Virus record (IMG/VR): IMGVR_UViG_3300028638_000008
Span: 10,464-74,463 of that record
Length of the DNA stretch: 64,000 bases
From: a virus
Lineage: Duplodnaviria; Caudoviricetes
Reading direction: 5' to 3' (one strand)
Part shown: positions 8,245 to 17,116 of the stretch, one piece after another
Position numbering within the stretch: the first letter of the stretch is position 1
Layout of the letters: the number at the start of each line of letters is the position of its first letter
Notes under the pieces: generated by a model
The model's database searches: none
The model's input: the letters and a program-made list of their open reading frames with translations, nothing else
Told to the model about the DNA's origin: nothing
Made by a program: the position numbers and the translations under genes

Positions 8245-9429
8245 ATGGCTAATTTGCAGGAACAGCTCCAAGATATTTACCTTGCGAGGGCTTTCGACCT
8301 CGAAAAGGTGAAAAACGCAAGCGCGAAAGACATCAGCAAGATTCTTGAATCTTTGATAGCCGAAATTATCAGAGAGCTTGAATCTGTTGACCCAACGGGC
8401 GTTCAGCGTTCAGCCTATCAACAAGAGCGATTGAATAAGCTTTTTAATATGGCTGACAAAACGATTAAAAGCCAATACAAGCTGATTGCGGGTAATATGA
8501 CAACCGAACTGATGACGCTTGCCGAAATTGAATCAATGTTTGCGGCAAAGGCTATAAATAGCGTTTTAAAGGTCGATTTGGTTGATTATGCCTTGTCGCG
8601 TGAAGTGCTTGAAGAATTGGCAAAAGATACGCTGATTCAGGGTGCGCCGTCGTCAGAATGGTGGGCAAAGCAAGCCTCGTCATTGCAAGATGAATTTAAG
8701 CGCGTTATGCGTGTATCAGTCGCACGTGGCGAAACTTTGGGGCAGATGACAGCAAGAATCAAGGGCACTCAAGATGTTACAAAGTTGGGTGTGAAGGGTA
8801 AAGTGCCGGGCGTTACTGATGAGATGTTAAGGGCGGCGTTGGGCGAGCCGGGCATGATTAAGAAGGCTAATCGTAACGCTAAGGCGCTTGTGAAAAGCAG
8901 CTATCAGGCGGTTATGGGCAGTGCCAGAATGGAGGTTTATAAGCAAAATAGCGATGTAATTAAGGGTGTCGAGTATATGGCAACTCTCGACAATCGCACA
9001 ACTCTGCTCTGCCGGGCTTATGACGGGTCACAGTGGTCGTCTGATGGGCAACCAATCGGCAAAACAAAGCTACCGTTTAAACAGCCCCCAACCGACACGC
9101 ACTGGGGATGTCGGTCGATTTTACTGCCTATCATGCGAAGCCTTTCAGAGATTCTCAACATCCCCGGAATACCTGATATTCCTAAGTCTAGCCGCTCTGC
9201 ATTCTCTGAAACAGGCATGCGCGGCCAGATTTCAGGAGATATTAACTTTGAAAAGTTTATGCGCAGCATGGCTCCCGAAGAAGGCCGCAAGGTGATAGGC
9301 AAAAAACGATATGAACTTTGGTCGAGCGGTAAAATTACGCTTCAGGACATGCTCAACTCTGAGGGCAACGTAATGACGTTAAAACAGCTCAAAGATAAGA
9401 CCGAAAAGGGTTTATTTTGGGCTGATTAA
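8245..9429 (+). CDS. Minor head / head morphogenesis protein (SPP1 gp7, Mu gpF family)
   Basis: YMATLDNRTTLLCRAYDG..THWGCRSILLP. Confidence 0.85.
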   Translation: MANLQEQLQDIYLARAFDLEKVKNASAKDISKILESLIAEIIRELESVDPTGVQRSAYQQERLNKLFNMADKTIKSQYKLIAGNMTTELMTLAEIESMFAAKAINSVLKVDLVDYALSREVLEELAKDTLIQGAPSSEWWAKQASSLQDEFKRVMRVSVARGETLGQMTARIKGTQDVTKLGVKGKVPGVTDEMLRAALGEPGMIKKANRNAKALVKSSYQAVMGSARMEVYKQNSDVIKGVEYMATLDNRTTLLCRAYDGSQWSSDGQPIGKTKLPFKQPPTDTHWGCRSILLPIMRSLSEILNIPGIPDIPKSSRSAFSETGMRGQISGDINFEKFMRSMAPEEGRKVIGKKRYELWSSGKITLQDMLNSEGNVMTLKQLKDKTEKGLFWAD

Positions 9430-9440
9430 GGGGTTTTACG

Positions 9441-10262
9441 ATGAACTTAACAACCGGCCTGATTCACAATAAAACTAACCCGGTTTTCAATGACCCTATC
9501 GGCGCGGGCCTATTTAAAATGCCTGAAAAGCTGATTGAAGCCATAAAGCCGCGCAATCATCAGGAAGCTTTTATCGTTGGTTGCTCTCCGACTTTGCATA
9601 AACTCACTGACACGCAATTAAACCGCATTAAAGCAGGCTTTTCTATTGGCACAAGCTCTATTGCATTATTCAGCGGCTTAATGGTAGATTTAATGACGGC
9701 AGAATGTGGCCCGTTTGTCGAAACTGATACAAGCAAGGCTGTGTTAGATGCAATAAGTAGCCGATATAACCGCAGCGACCGGCTTTTGCTTGTTAAAGAT
9801 GCCTTTTTCGACAAAACAAGCGATTGTCAAGACCTGATTAACGCTTGTAAGAAAGCCGATAAACTTAACCGCTTTATCACGCCAGACTATTTCATGCCCG
9901 GCCACGATACAGAGCGATTGCAGGCAAATTATGCAGCGTTCTTTAAGGCTTTGGGCGATAACGTGCCGCCGTTCTTCATTCGTCGCCGCGCTTCAATCTC
10001 GATGATGCTTTTTATTCTGCTTTGCGCGGGGTTTAAAAGAGTTCATTTTGTGGCTTACGAGCTTGAAAGTAATGACTACTATTATGGTGCAGAGAACACC
10101 GCAATTCACCTAACTGAAGATGCCCGCTTTGGCTTGCCCGTTTCAGATGTTATCGGCGCGTTGATTCGTGGGTATAATTCAGTTGCAAAAGAACCGGCAG
10201 AGATTTTATCTTATGGCGGGCGATTGGTTAAAAAGGGAATTGCAAAAGATTTTGAATTGTGA
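9441..10262 (+). CDS. Putative glycosyltransferase (GT29/Maf-like Rossmann domain)
   Basis: AFIVGCSPTL..SIGTSS..SISMMLFILLCAGFKRVHFVAYEL. Confidence 0.5.
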   Translation: MNLTTGLIHNKTNPVFNDPIGAGLFKMPEKLIEAIKPRNHQEAFIVGCSPTLHKLTDTQLNRIKAGFSIGTSSIALFSGLMVDLMTAECGPFVETDTSKAVLDAISSRYNRSDRLLLVKDAFFDKTSDCQDLINACKKADKLNRFITPDYFMPGHDTERLQANYAAFFKALGDNVPPFFIRRRASISMMLFILLCAGFKRVHFVAYELESNDYYYGAENTAIHLTEDARFGLPVSDVIGALIRGYNSVAKEPAEILSYGGRLVKKGIAKDFEL

Positions 10263-10283
10263 TAACATGGCGCGGGGGTATTT

Positions 10284-11489
10284 ATGAACTTTCTCTTGAG
10301 CTTTTGGCACGACGAAAACTGGCAATCAAGCTACACCGCCGCCGATGTAGCCCTTTATGCCGATATGATAAGGCGCAACTACAAAAAGCCATGCAAGATT
10401 TATTGCGTGACCGATAAACCTGAAAGCTTGCGTAAAGACATCATACCGCTGCCGATGTATCGCGACTTCTGCGAGTTAGGGCGCTGTTACCGGCGTTTAT
10501 CGGTATTCGCGCCTGATTTCTGCGATGTGATACCGGGTAAGTTTTGTTCAGTTGATCTTGATTGCGTGATAACCGGCGATTTAACCGACTTGCTCGACAA
10601 TTCGCCTGATTTTGCTATCTGCAAAGACTATCAGCCGCCGCAACCGTATAACGGTAGCTTTTTCGTGCTTAAACCGGGCGCAAGGCCGCAGGTTTATGAG
10701 CAATTCAAAGCTGACCCGCAAGGCGTAGCCGATAGAGCGCATAAAATGGGTTTTACGGCCTGTGACCAATCGGTTTTGGCATATATTCTTGATGATGAGC
10801 GCGTATTTTCAGAATCAGACGGCTTCTACAGCTACAAATACAATATCAAGCGCCAATTTAACGGCAACCTACCTGAAAATGCAAGATTTATCGCTTTTCA
10901 CGGGCACCCGAAGCCGTCAGAAGTTAATCTGCCGTGGGTTAAGCGGTATTATCGACCTTCCAAGCGTGCTATCGTTCTAGGCGGTGGCCCCGGCGTTTGG
11001 CAGGAACTTGAAGCCCTTGGCAACGTCAAAGACTCTGCCTCGGTCTTTGCCGTTAATGACTCAATCGCGGCGTATTCGGGCAAGATTGATTATGCAATCA
11101 CGCTGCACCCCGAAAAGATGCCGAAATGGAAACAGGCACGCGAAAATAACGGCTATGACATGGCCCTTAAATCTATCGGCTTCGGCAGGCGCGGCTTTTC
11201 AATTCCCAAAGAAACCGATTATTATCTTGATTATTGGTATCAAGATGGTGTAAAATGTTCAAGTGGTTCTAGTGGGTTGTTTGCGGTTAAGGCGGCCCTT
11301 GAACTTGGCTTTGATGATGTTATTCTCTGCGGCGTGCCGATGGACGGCGGTATTAACATTCACAGGGGCAAAGAATGGACTGATTTTAAGGGCTACCGCG
11401 ACGCGTGGCTTGAGCAGTTGCCACGGCTCAAGGGGCGCGTGTTCTCGCAGAGCGGCTGGACGAAAGACTTGCTTGGTTCATTTATTTAA
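10284..11489 (+). CDS. Two-domain putative glycosyltransferase (GT-A DxD domain plus GT29/Maf-like domain)
   Basis: YCVTD..VDLDCVITGDL..YNGSFF..DQ..FHGHPKP; AIVLGGGP..FAVND..SSGSSGLFAVKAALELGFDDVILCGVPMD. Confidence 0.65.
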   Translation: MNFLLSFWHDENWQSSYTAADVALYADMIRRNYKKPCKIYCVTDKPESLRKDIIPLPMYRDFCELGRCYRRLSVFAPDFCDVIPGKFCSVDLDCVITGDLTDLLDNSPDFAICKDYQPPQPYNGSFFVLKPGARPQVYEQFKADPQGVADRAHKMGFTACDQSVLAYILDDERVFSESDGFYSYKYNIKRQFNGNLPENARFIAFHGHPKPSEVNLPWVKRYYRPSKRAIVLGGGPGVWQELEALGNVKDSASVFAVNDSIAAYSGKIDYAITLHPEKMPKWKQARENNGYDMALKSIGFGRRGFSIPKETDYYLDYWYQDGVKCSSGSSGLFAVKAALELGFDDVILCGVPMDGGINIHRGKEWTDFKGYRDAWLEQLPRLKGRVFSQSGWTKDLLGSFI

Positions 11490-11544
11490 CACGTTCATTT
11501 TTTATGAACAGGCCGGATTTTGAACAATAAAAGGGGATAGTAAT

Positions 11545-11658
11545 ATGTGGCCCGAAAATGACAACGATAAACTCGTGGCAATTATTGCCGTAGCCGCCTT
11601 TTCTTCATTAGCCATTGCGTTGATTTGTGATACTTTGGTTAAGGTTTTCGCGAAATAG
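11545..11658 (+). CDS. Small membrane peptide
   Basis: MWPENDNDKLVAIIAVAAFSSLAIALICDTLVKVFAK; RBS GGGGA. Confidence 0.4.
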   Translation: MWPENDNDKLVAIIAVAAFSSLAIALICDTLVKVFAK

Positions 11659-11668
11659 GGGGGAATTT

Positions 11669-11869
11669 ATGGTTTGCGTTAAAAACATTATTGCCTTTAT
11701 TCTGACCACTATTATACTCGTGGTCATGTTTTTGCCCGGTTATTTTTTGTATTTTACAAGCAAACTGCTTCGGGCGCTTGGCTATCTGATGATTATGCGG
11801 CCGTTGAGTGCAAGGCAAGAGTTGCAGAATTTTTGGTCTATTGAATATGTTTTGGGCGATATAAGATGA
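11669..11869 (+). CDS. Hypothetical membrane protein
   Basis: RBS GGGGGA; hydrophobic N-terminal half. Confidence 0.5.
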   Translation: MVCVKNIIAFILTTIILVVMFLPGYFLYFTSKLLRALGYLMIMRPLSARQELQNFWSIEYVLGDIR

Positions 11870-12138
11870 AATTCCCGTCAAAAAAGATTATCCAGAAGCA
11901 ACGCAAACGCCTTAATATTCAGCTTGGCGTAAACACGCCTTGTATTGTTAAATTTTGGCGTAAGCAAAGAAAAGCATGGCGGCAAAGTTATGTTGAAATG
12001 ACCGCGCTTGAATATTGGAATGGTGCCTATAAAAATTATGTAATTCGAGCGCAAGAGCCTTATACTTGCGTCGTTTATGTTTGCAAGCGCAAAAAGCCGT
12101 TAAGCAAGAAAGGTAAATGGCATGCCAAAAGCACTTGA
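11866..12138 (+). CDS. Hypothetical basic protein
   Basis: ATGA overlap with the previous ORF. Confidence 0.5.
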   Translation: MKFPSKKIIQKQRKRLNIQLGVNTPCIVKFWRKQRKAWRQSYVEMTALEYWNGAYKNYVIRAQEPYTCVVYVCKRKKPLSKKGKWHAKST

Positions 12139-12259
12139 AGAAAAGTTGAAAAAAGAAGCCAAGAAAAAAGGCTTAACCGGGGCTGAATTTGATGCCTATG
12201 TTTACGGGGCGCTCAGAAAAGCCGGGTGGGTGCCGAAGGTTAAACGCTCAAAAAGATAG
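12122..12259 (+). CDS. Small basic phage protein
   Basis: MPKALEEKLKKEAKKKGLTGAEFDAYVYGALRKAGWVPKVKRSKR. Confidence 0.55.
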   Translation: MPKALEEKLKKEAKKKGLTGAEFDAYVYGALRKAGWVPKVKRSKR

Positions 12260-12287
12260 AACAACTTAGTTTTAAACTGGGTTGAAC

Positions 12288-12346
12288 GCCTCGCAGTAAT
12301 GCGGGGCTTTTCTTTTATGGGCAAAGAAAAAGCCCCTTTCGGGGCT
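12288..12346. terminator. Pair of convergent intrinsic terminators
   Basis: GCCTCGC-agtaat-GCGGGGC+TTTT (+ strand) and AAAA+AGCCCC-tttc-GGGGCT (- strand) between convergent genes. Confidence 0.8.
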
Positions 12347-12351
12347 GGTGT

Positions 12352-12531
12352 TTAATTCATTCCTTTATACATATTATTTAAAAGGTCAAGATTTTCTCTT
12401 GCGATTTTAAACTCTTTTTCAAAGCCTTCTTTGGCCTTGGTCATCAGCATATTTGCCGAATAGCACATCAGATTATGAGCTGTCATGTCGATTCTCTTTT
12501 TCATTTCTTCTTTATTTGTCCAGTAATTCAT
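12352..12531 (-). CDS. Hypothetical protein
   Basis: ATG 12531 with RBS GAGGTG, downstream of a promoter. Confidence 0.6.
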   Translation of the reverse strand: MNYWTNKEEMKKRIDMTAHNLMCYSANMLMTKAKEGFEKEFKIARENLDLLNNMYKGMN

Positions 12532-12579
12532 TTTGGCACCTCGTTTTTTATTTTGTAAGTTTGTTTTCCTTACATACCT

Positions 12580-12608
12580 AGTATAATCATTTCGGTTTTG
12601 TTTTGCAA
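12580..12608 (-). promoter_or_regulatory. Early sigma70 promoter (TTGCAA-N17-TATACT)
   Basis: Member of the repeated promoter family. Confidence 0.75.
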
Positions 12609-12675
12609 GCATTATTTTAAATATTTTTTTTGCATGACAAAACGGCCCCTTTCGGAGCCGCTTATAATCAACGTT

Positions 12676-12837
12676 TCAGCCTGTAATTTTTTTTATGATT
12701 TTCTCACAAACTTCATATTTTTTTTGCTCATTTTTATTTTTGTCTGCCATTTCACAAAATCCAGACATGCTTAAATGGCTTTCTAGGATTTCGCGCAATG
12801 CGTTTGCTTCAACGGTGTCTAGGGTGAATTTAATCAT
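12676..12837 (-). CDS. Hypothetical protein (53 aa)
   Basis: MIKFTLDTVEANALREILESHLS...; RBS GAAAGG. Confidence 0.5.
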   Translation of the reverse strand: MIKFTLDTVEANALREILESHLSMSGFCEMADKNKNEQKKYEVCEKIIKKITG

Positions 12838-12870
12838 GGTTTTCCTTTCGGGGCTGGTGTTAGGATTTGA

Positions 12871-13983
12871 TTAGCTTCCAATCACGCTAACATCAACAAC
12901 CTCGCCGAAATTTTCAGCTAGAATCTGCTTCAGGCCATTAGTTGCATCTTCGGCGGTTGCACTTATATCGCAGCAAAGCTTGATTTTGGCAGTCATAAAG
13001 AAAACTTTCGTCTGATGGGGTTTTTCTTTTGGTTCCGGCTTTGCTTCCCGTTCCATTTCAGCAAGTGCAAGCTCGATAGCCTGCTGTCTGCGTTGTTCTT
13101 CTGCTTCTGCGGCACGTTTTTCAGCGGCTTCGATTTCGCGCTTTGCTGCTTCAAGTTCTTCTGCTGCCTTTCTTGCGGCAGCGTTGGCTTCATGTTCAGC
13201 CTTCAGGCGCTCATTTTCTGCTTTCTGTTCTGCTTCTCTGATTGCCCTCGCAGCGGCTTCGGCGGCCTCTCTTTCTTTGCGTTCTGCTTCTGCTTTCATG
13301 CGCGCTTCGATAGCCTTCTGGCGGCTGATTTCGGTATCAATCATGCGGTTCAGCTTATCGGTGTAAATCGCTTCAGGTTCACGAATGAAGGCCATGATTG
13401 CATCAGGATTGATTGCAGGCTCAAGCCCGGCGCGTTTACAGATACTTTCGAGATTCGCGATACGCGAATTAACAGTATCCTGCACGTTTTTGTCTGCCTG
13501 CACCATTTCAAGCACTGCATCAGTGGCTTTCTTTGTCAGCTTCATATTGCCTGTCAGATTACTTGAAATTGCAAGCTTGTCGATGTTTGCGGTTCTATAT
13601 TCCGGCGATACCGCAAGAGCTTCATAGAGCCGCGTTAATTCTTCGGTGAGCAGCTTTTTGCAAAGTTCGCGCACTTTGTTTTCGTAAACTTCGGTCTGCG
13701 CAATAATCTTAGCGCGGCCTTCAAGAATCAGGGTCGTCAGCTCTTTTACTTTTGCCTCAAAAGCAACGACGGGCGCTTTAAATTCGGTTGCTTTGGCCTT
13801 TCTTACATCATCAATCTGCTTTGCCAGTTTGTTAAGGTCTGTTGCCATCTTTTTTGCTTCTGCAAGGTTTTCATCGGTTACGGCAATCTCGAAGGTTTTC
13901 AGGTTCTCGATAAGTTCGGCTTTGATTTCGTCGAAGTTGCCGGTAATGTCGATTGGTGACGCGGTGATGATTAGTTCATTCAT
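12871..13983 (-). CDS. DUF1351-family coiled-coil phage protein
   Basis: NFDEIKAEL..VTDENLAEAKK.ATDLNKL.K.IDDVRK..K.P...FE.KVKEL. Confidence 0.75.
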   Translation of the reverse strand: MNELIITASPIDITGNFDEIKAELIENLKTFEIAVTDENLAEAKKMATDLNKLAKQIDDVRKAKATEFKAPVVAFEAKVKELTTLILEGRAKIIAQTEVYENKVRELCKKLLTEELTRLYEALAVSPEYRTANIDKLAISSNLTGNMKLTKKATDAVLEMVQADKNVQDTVNSRIANLESICKRAGLEPAINPDAIMAFIREPEAIYTDKLNRMIDTEISRQKAIEARMKAEAERKEREAAEAAARAIREAEQKAENERLKAEHEANAAARKAAEELEAAKREIEAAEKRAAEAEEQRRQQAIELALAEMEREAKPEPKEKPHQTKVFFMTAKIKLCCDISATAEDATNGLKQILAENFGEVVDVSVIGS

Positions 13984-14070
13984 AGAAAATACCTCTTTTC
14001 ATAAAGTTAAGTTATTAAAACACAAATTAGGTCAGATTTCAAGCGTTTTTGCACGATAACATCATCAATG

Positions 14071-14277
14071 TTAAAGTGCAGACTTCTTGTTATTCCAGTA
14101 TTCAAAATCCTCAATCTCAGCCGCAAGCACGGCAAAAGCAAAATAAACATCTTGCTGCGTTTCTTGCGCGTGGTTGATAGTATTTACCGCCTTTTCAATT
14201 TCAACGCAATCTTGCCCAGTTTCCGCGCAACGGATTAGTATCGCATGGGCAAGGGTTAGTAGTTCGTCGTTAGTCAT
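14071..14277 (-). CDS. Hypothetical protein
   Basis: ORF track; fits the - strand operon. Confidence 0.55.
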   Translation of the reverse strand: MTNDELLTLAHAILIRCAETGQDCVEIEKAVNTINHAQETQQDVYFAFAVLAAEIEDFEYWNNKKSAL

Positions 14278-14449
14278 TGACTTCTAACTCATGTATGCGA
14301 TATTTACAAGTCGCCGAACTATAAATCAGGCCAAGGCCGTGACTCATAGGCTTATCGGCGCGGGATTCTACCCACAAGATAGCCTCGTCGATGTTTTTAA
14401 AGGCGAAGCTAGAAAGTTTGTCGTTGGCTGTGATTGCATAGATTTTCAT
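14270..14449 (-). CDS. Hypothetical protein (59 aa)
   Basis: MKIYAITANDKLSSFAFKNIDEAILWVESR...; overlaps neighbours at both ends. Confidence 0.55.
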   Translation of the reverse strand: MKIYAITANDKLSSFAFKNIDEAILWVESRADKPMSHGLGLIYSSATCKYRIHELEVND

Positions 14450-14793
14450 TTATCTTCTACCTCTAACATTTTTTCAACTTGTCGCATTTCGTGCGCAAAG
14501 CGCATTGAAAGTTCGTGCAGCATTGCCCGAAGCGCAAGCTTTTTTGTTGAATACATGTAAATTGGTTGTTGCGAGGTGGTTTTATCAGTAATGCCTATCG
14601 CATGACCAACAGAAGAAGAACAAGCAACGCAAACAGTTTTTGAATATGTGTTGAACACGTAGCCGATTGTTAACTTGTTAAAAGAATCAATACTTGTTGT
14701 AGGCGGCGCAACATCTGGCAAAACTTCCGGCCAATGTTTCAGCGCAAGCATTGTTTTAAGTTTTTCAAATTCTTTTTGTTCGGTTTTGTTCAT
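14446..14793 (-). CDS. Hypothetical protein
   Basis: ORF track; coupled overlaps. Confidence 0.6.
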   Translation of the reverse strand: MNKTEQKEFEKLKTMLALKHWPEVLPDVAPPTTSIDSFNKLTIGYVFNTYSKTVCVACSSSVGHAIGITDKTTSQQPIYMYSTKKLALRAMLHELSMRFAHEMRQVEKMLEVEDK

Positions 14794-14903
14794 TTCAATT
14801 TCCCCTTAATCCAATCCTCTAGGTGGTCGCCGCAAAGCTCGACCAGAGTTGAGAACGCGCCTACAAGGGCGATTGCAAGAAGCAGCGCGATGAAGTTAAG
14901 CAT
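14790..14903 (-). CDS. Small membrane peptide
   Basis: MLNFIALLLAIALVGAFSTLVELCGDHLEDWIKGKLK; RBS GAAAGGA. Confidence 0.45.
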   Translation of the reverse strand: MLNFIALLLAIALVGAFSTLVELCGDHLEDWIKGKLK

Positions 14904-15033
14904 GGTTTGTCCTTTCGGTATGCGGGGCTTTCGCCCCGCTTCTGGTTGTTACAGGCTCAGGTAGAGGCCGGTTTCGGTTTCAAATGTGTTTTTCAGCATA
15001 TCGGCATAAAGGCCGCCGAAGCGGGCCTTGTAA

Positions 15034-15216
15034 TCAATCTCTGCCGTGTATTTGATTAAAAACATGCCTTGCATATCGTTCAGTCTGTTCGCGGGTTGTT
15101 AGGTCTGAATGAACTATGAAGGCATCGCCCCTCAAGTCATCAAGCGCCGGGTAAGTAGCGACGCTTCTCTTGAAATCATCATTTGCATCAAAGAAAATCA
15201 CCGCTACTTGCTGCAT
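15034..15216 (-). CDS. Hypothetical protein
   Basis: ORF track; RBS GAGG. Confidence 0.45.
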   Translation of the reverse strand: MQQVAVIFFDANDDFKRSVATYPALDDLRGDAFIVHSDLTTREQTERYARHVFNQIHGRD

Positions 15217-15217
15217 G

Positions 15218-15790
15218 TTAGCCTCTTTTCGTGACTACCGGGCAAATCATGGGCGATGCTTCTGCGACCACTTTCAGAACCGCAAATTTCTGATTGTGCT
15301 TTTTGCAGAGTCTTTCGGCTTCTTTGATTGCCTCAACTTCTGAATAGTGCTGTTTCGGCACGTCGGCGGGCTTCAATCCGTCTAATTCTGAGAGGCAAAC
15401 GATGAATTTATCGGCTTCTTTGAACGGCGAATGTTTTATAATATTGCTTGTTGCCATAAGAATCGAAGCCATTTCTTTTGCTGTAGAATCGCTCCTCTTA
15501 CCGGCCATAAGCGTTTCTGTTGGCGTCGTTCCGCGCGTGGCTTCTACTTTTGCCAGCTTGATTTTTTCAGGCTTCTTTTTCGGCGTGACTTTTTTCAAAA
15601 TCATTTTATAAGAAACGCTACACGTTGGCGCGCCAAATGCCGCTTCAAAAACTTTTGCATTGTCGGTGCTTGCTTTACAAGTTGCAATACCATCTATGCA
15701 AAACGCGCAATCATTGCAATTATATCCCTTCTGCGGCACCGCCACATATTCAACCCCATCAATCACGATCTTTTTACCATAAACGCTCAC
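15218..15790 (-). CDS. Hypothetical protein with CxxC motifs
   Basis: CNDCAFC; C-terminal 'H.SEVEAIKEAERLCKKH..KFAVLKVV'. Confidence 0.6.
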   Translation of the reverse strand: MSVYGKKIVIDGVEYVAVPQKGYNCNDCAFCIDGIATCKASTDNAKVFEAAFGAPTCSVSYKMILKKVTPKKKPEKIKLAKVEATRGTTPTETLMAGKRSDSTAKEMASILMATSNIIKHSPFKEADKFIVCLSELDGLKPADVPKQHYSEVEAIKEAERLCKKHNQKFAVLKVVAEASPMICPVVTKRG

Positions 15791-15912
15791 TTCTTAACCT
15801 CCACGTTTTTCATAAAATTCTTATCAATCAGAACCGCGCCGGTATCAAAATAGTCACCGCGCTCGCAACCAACACAGAATAACATAAGCACAATCAGGAT
15901 TGCAAGCTTCAT
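15787..15912 (-). CDS. Small putative lipoprotein (41 aa)
   Basis: MKLAILIVLMLFCVGC|ERGD...; ATGA/GTGA overlaps. Confidence 0.55.
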   Translation of the reverse strand: MKLAILIVLMLFCVGCERGDYFDTGAVLIDKNFMKNVEVKK

Positions 15913-16145
15913 CTGTAAATACTCATGTAATTCAAGTAATTGATGATTGCATTCAGCTTGCTATCAAGTTCAGCAGTTGTCGAACCGACCTGATTATTTA
16001 TCATTGTTTCGATTTCCTGCTTTGCAACAACCATTTCAGCGGCGATTTCGGCGCGTGTTTCGTCGCCCTCTTTGTCAATCTGGTTTGAAATGGGATTATT
16101 GCACCCGGTTAGCATTAAAAGGCCGATTAATAGCAGTTTTTTTAT
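15909..16145 (-). CDS. Putative lipoprotein; signal peptide begins at ATA (16145), first in-frame ATG at 16115
   Basis: ATA-KKLLLIGLLMLTG|C lipobox; RBS GAGGAG 8 nt upstream of the ATA. Confidence 0.5.
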   Translation of the reverse strand: MKKLLLIGLLMLTGCNNPISNQIDKEGDETRAEIAAEMVVAKQEIETMINNQVGSTTAELDSKLNAIINYLNYMSIYR

Positions 16146-16423
16146 TTTGTTTTCTCCTCTTTGTATTTAATCGTAAAAGTAAATGTTTGGGTTATTTCTG
16201 GTTCATAAAACGTTATCAATAACTTGTCTTTGTAATAAAATCTTGTTTCTTTGACTGTTCTTTCTGCTCTTGCATCTCGCAAAAATTCGTTTTGAGTTAA
16301 ACCGTGATTTTTACAGGCATTAAGCAAGATTTCATCGCGTTTTGAATATAGACTTTTTGCTGCGCCTTTTATGATTTCGGTTATAACATCATTTGCTATG
16401 TATTTTTCAAATTCTGTGTTCAT
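16142..16423 (-). CDS. Hypothetical protein
   Basis: ORF track. Confidence 0.6.
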   Translation of the reverse strand: MNTEFEKYIANDVITEIIKGAAKSLYSKRDEILLNACKNHGLTQNEFLRDARAERTVKETRFYYKDKLLITFYEPEITQTFTFTIKYKEEKTK

Positions 16424-16701
16424 TTTGTTTTCTCCTTCAAATCTTCTTTCAACCGTCTTAAAAACGATTCTTCTCCATCATCGCCGCTGACAAGGTAATC
16501 AATGCGATGCACGTAAACATCGGCTTGTTTCAGCAACTTAACAGCCTTTTTAAACTCTTTGATAACCTCTGGCGGGTAGAACTTGCCTCGTGGCGTCCCC
16601 CATTCGTTTAAATCGGTGTCGTTGTTACTTCTGATTAGTTCTTCGATTTCCCGCGCAATCTCGCCGATGTGATAATTGCCGGGGAAGTGGCCGCCGCTCA
16701 T
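16420..16701 (-). CDS. Hypothetical phage protein (MSGGHF... type)
   Basis: MSGGHF..IGEIAREIE..HRIDYLVSGDDGEESF. Confidence 0.65.
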   Translation of the reverse strand: MSGGHFPGNYHIGEIAREIEELIRSNNDTDLNEWGTPRGKFYPPEVIKEFKKAVKLLKQADVYVHRIDYLVSGDDGEESFLRRLKEDLKEKTK

Positions 16702-16865
16702 TCTGACAACTCCTTTATTTTGTTTTCAAGCTCATCAGCGTTTCTACTTATTTCCTCTGCAAGCTCATAAATCTCAGACAGCCACAACGCTTCATTTTGG
16801 CCGTTATCTTCTATTTTCTTCTGTATCATGTAAGACCAGTCTAATATGTCACCTATTTTGCTCAT
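16698..16865 (-). CDS. Hypothetical protein (55 aa)
   Basis: MSKIGDILDWSYMIQKKIEDNG...; ATGA overlaps at both ends. Confidence 0.55.
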   Translation of the reverse strand: MSKIGDILDWSYMIQKKIEDNGQNEALWLSEIYELAEEISRNADELENKIKELSE

Positions 16866-17113
16866 TCTTTACCACCTTTCAAGTGCTTTTCAATATCTTT
16901 AATCACAATGCCATGCTTGCAAGCGCCGCAATGCTCGCCAACGCCTTCATTTTCACAGTAAAGATGCGCCCGTATTTTGCCCATTGCAGTTCTCAGCCTT
17001 GCCAATTCTTTTATATACCGCTTAACTTCTCTGTCGTGTGCTAATTCTTCTTTGGCGATTCCTTCGGTTATTGAATCAAGTAATTCCATTGCTGCTAGCG
17101 TTTTTGGGTTCAT
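16862..17113 (-). CDS. Hypothetical protein
   Basis: ORF track. Confidence 0.55.
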   Translation of the reverse strand: MNPKTLAAMELLDSITEGIAKEELAHDREVKRYIKELARLRTAMGKIRAHLYCENEGVGEHCGACKHGIVIKDIEKHLKGGKE

Positions 17114-17116
17114 TCT

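Larger units (their letters stand above)
12335..12861. repeat. 18-bp direct repeat CCTTTCGGGGCTGGTGTT at 12335-12352 and 12844-12861
   Basis: Exact match by inspection; brackets two small genes, a promoter and a terminator. Confidence 0.8.

Noticed and set aside
13015-13566. 183-aa + strand ORF and similar antisense ORFs (e.g. 26323-26808, 32116-32706, 49162-49584, 58723-59190)
   Set aside because: Shadows of well-supported genes on the opposite strand, with no RBS or motifs.
14291-14560. 89-aa + strand ORF in the leftward block
   Set aside because: A - strand ORF (14449-14270) with coupled overlaps at both ends explains the region better.
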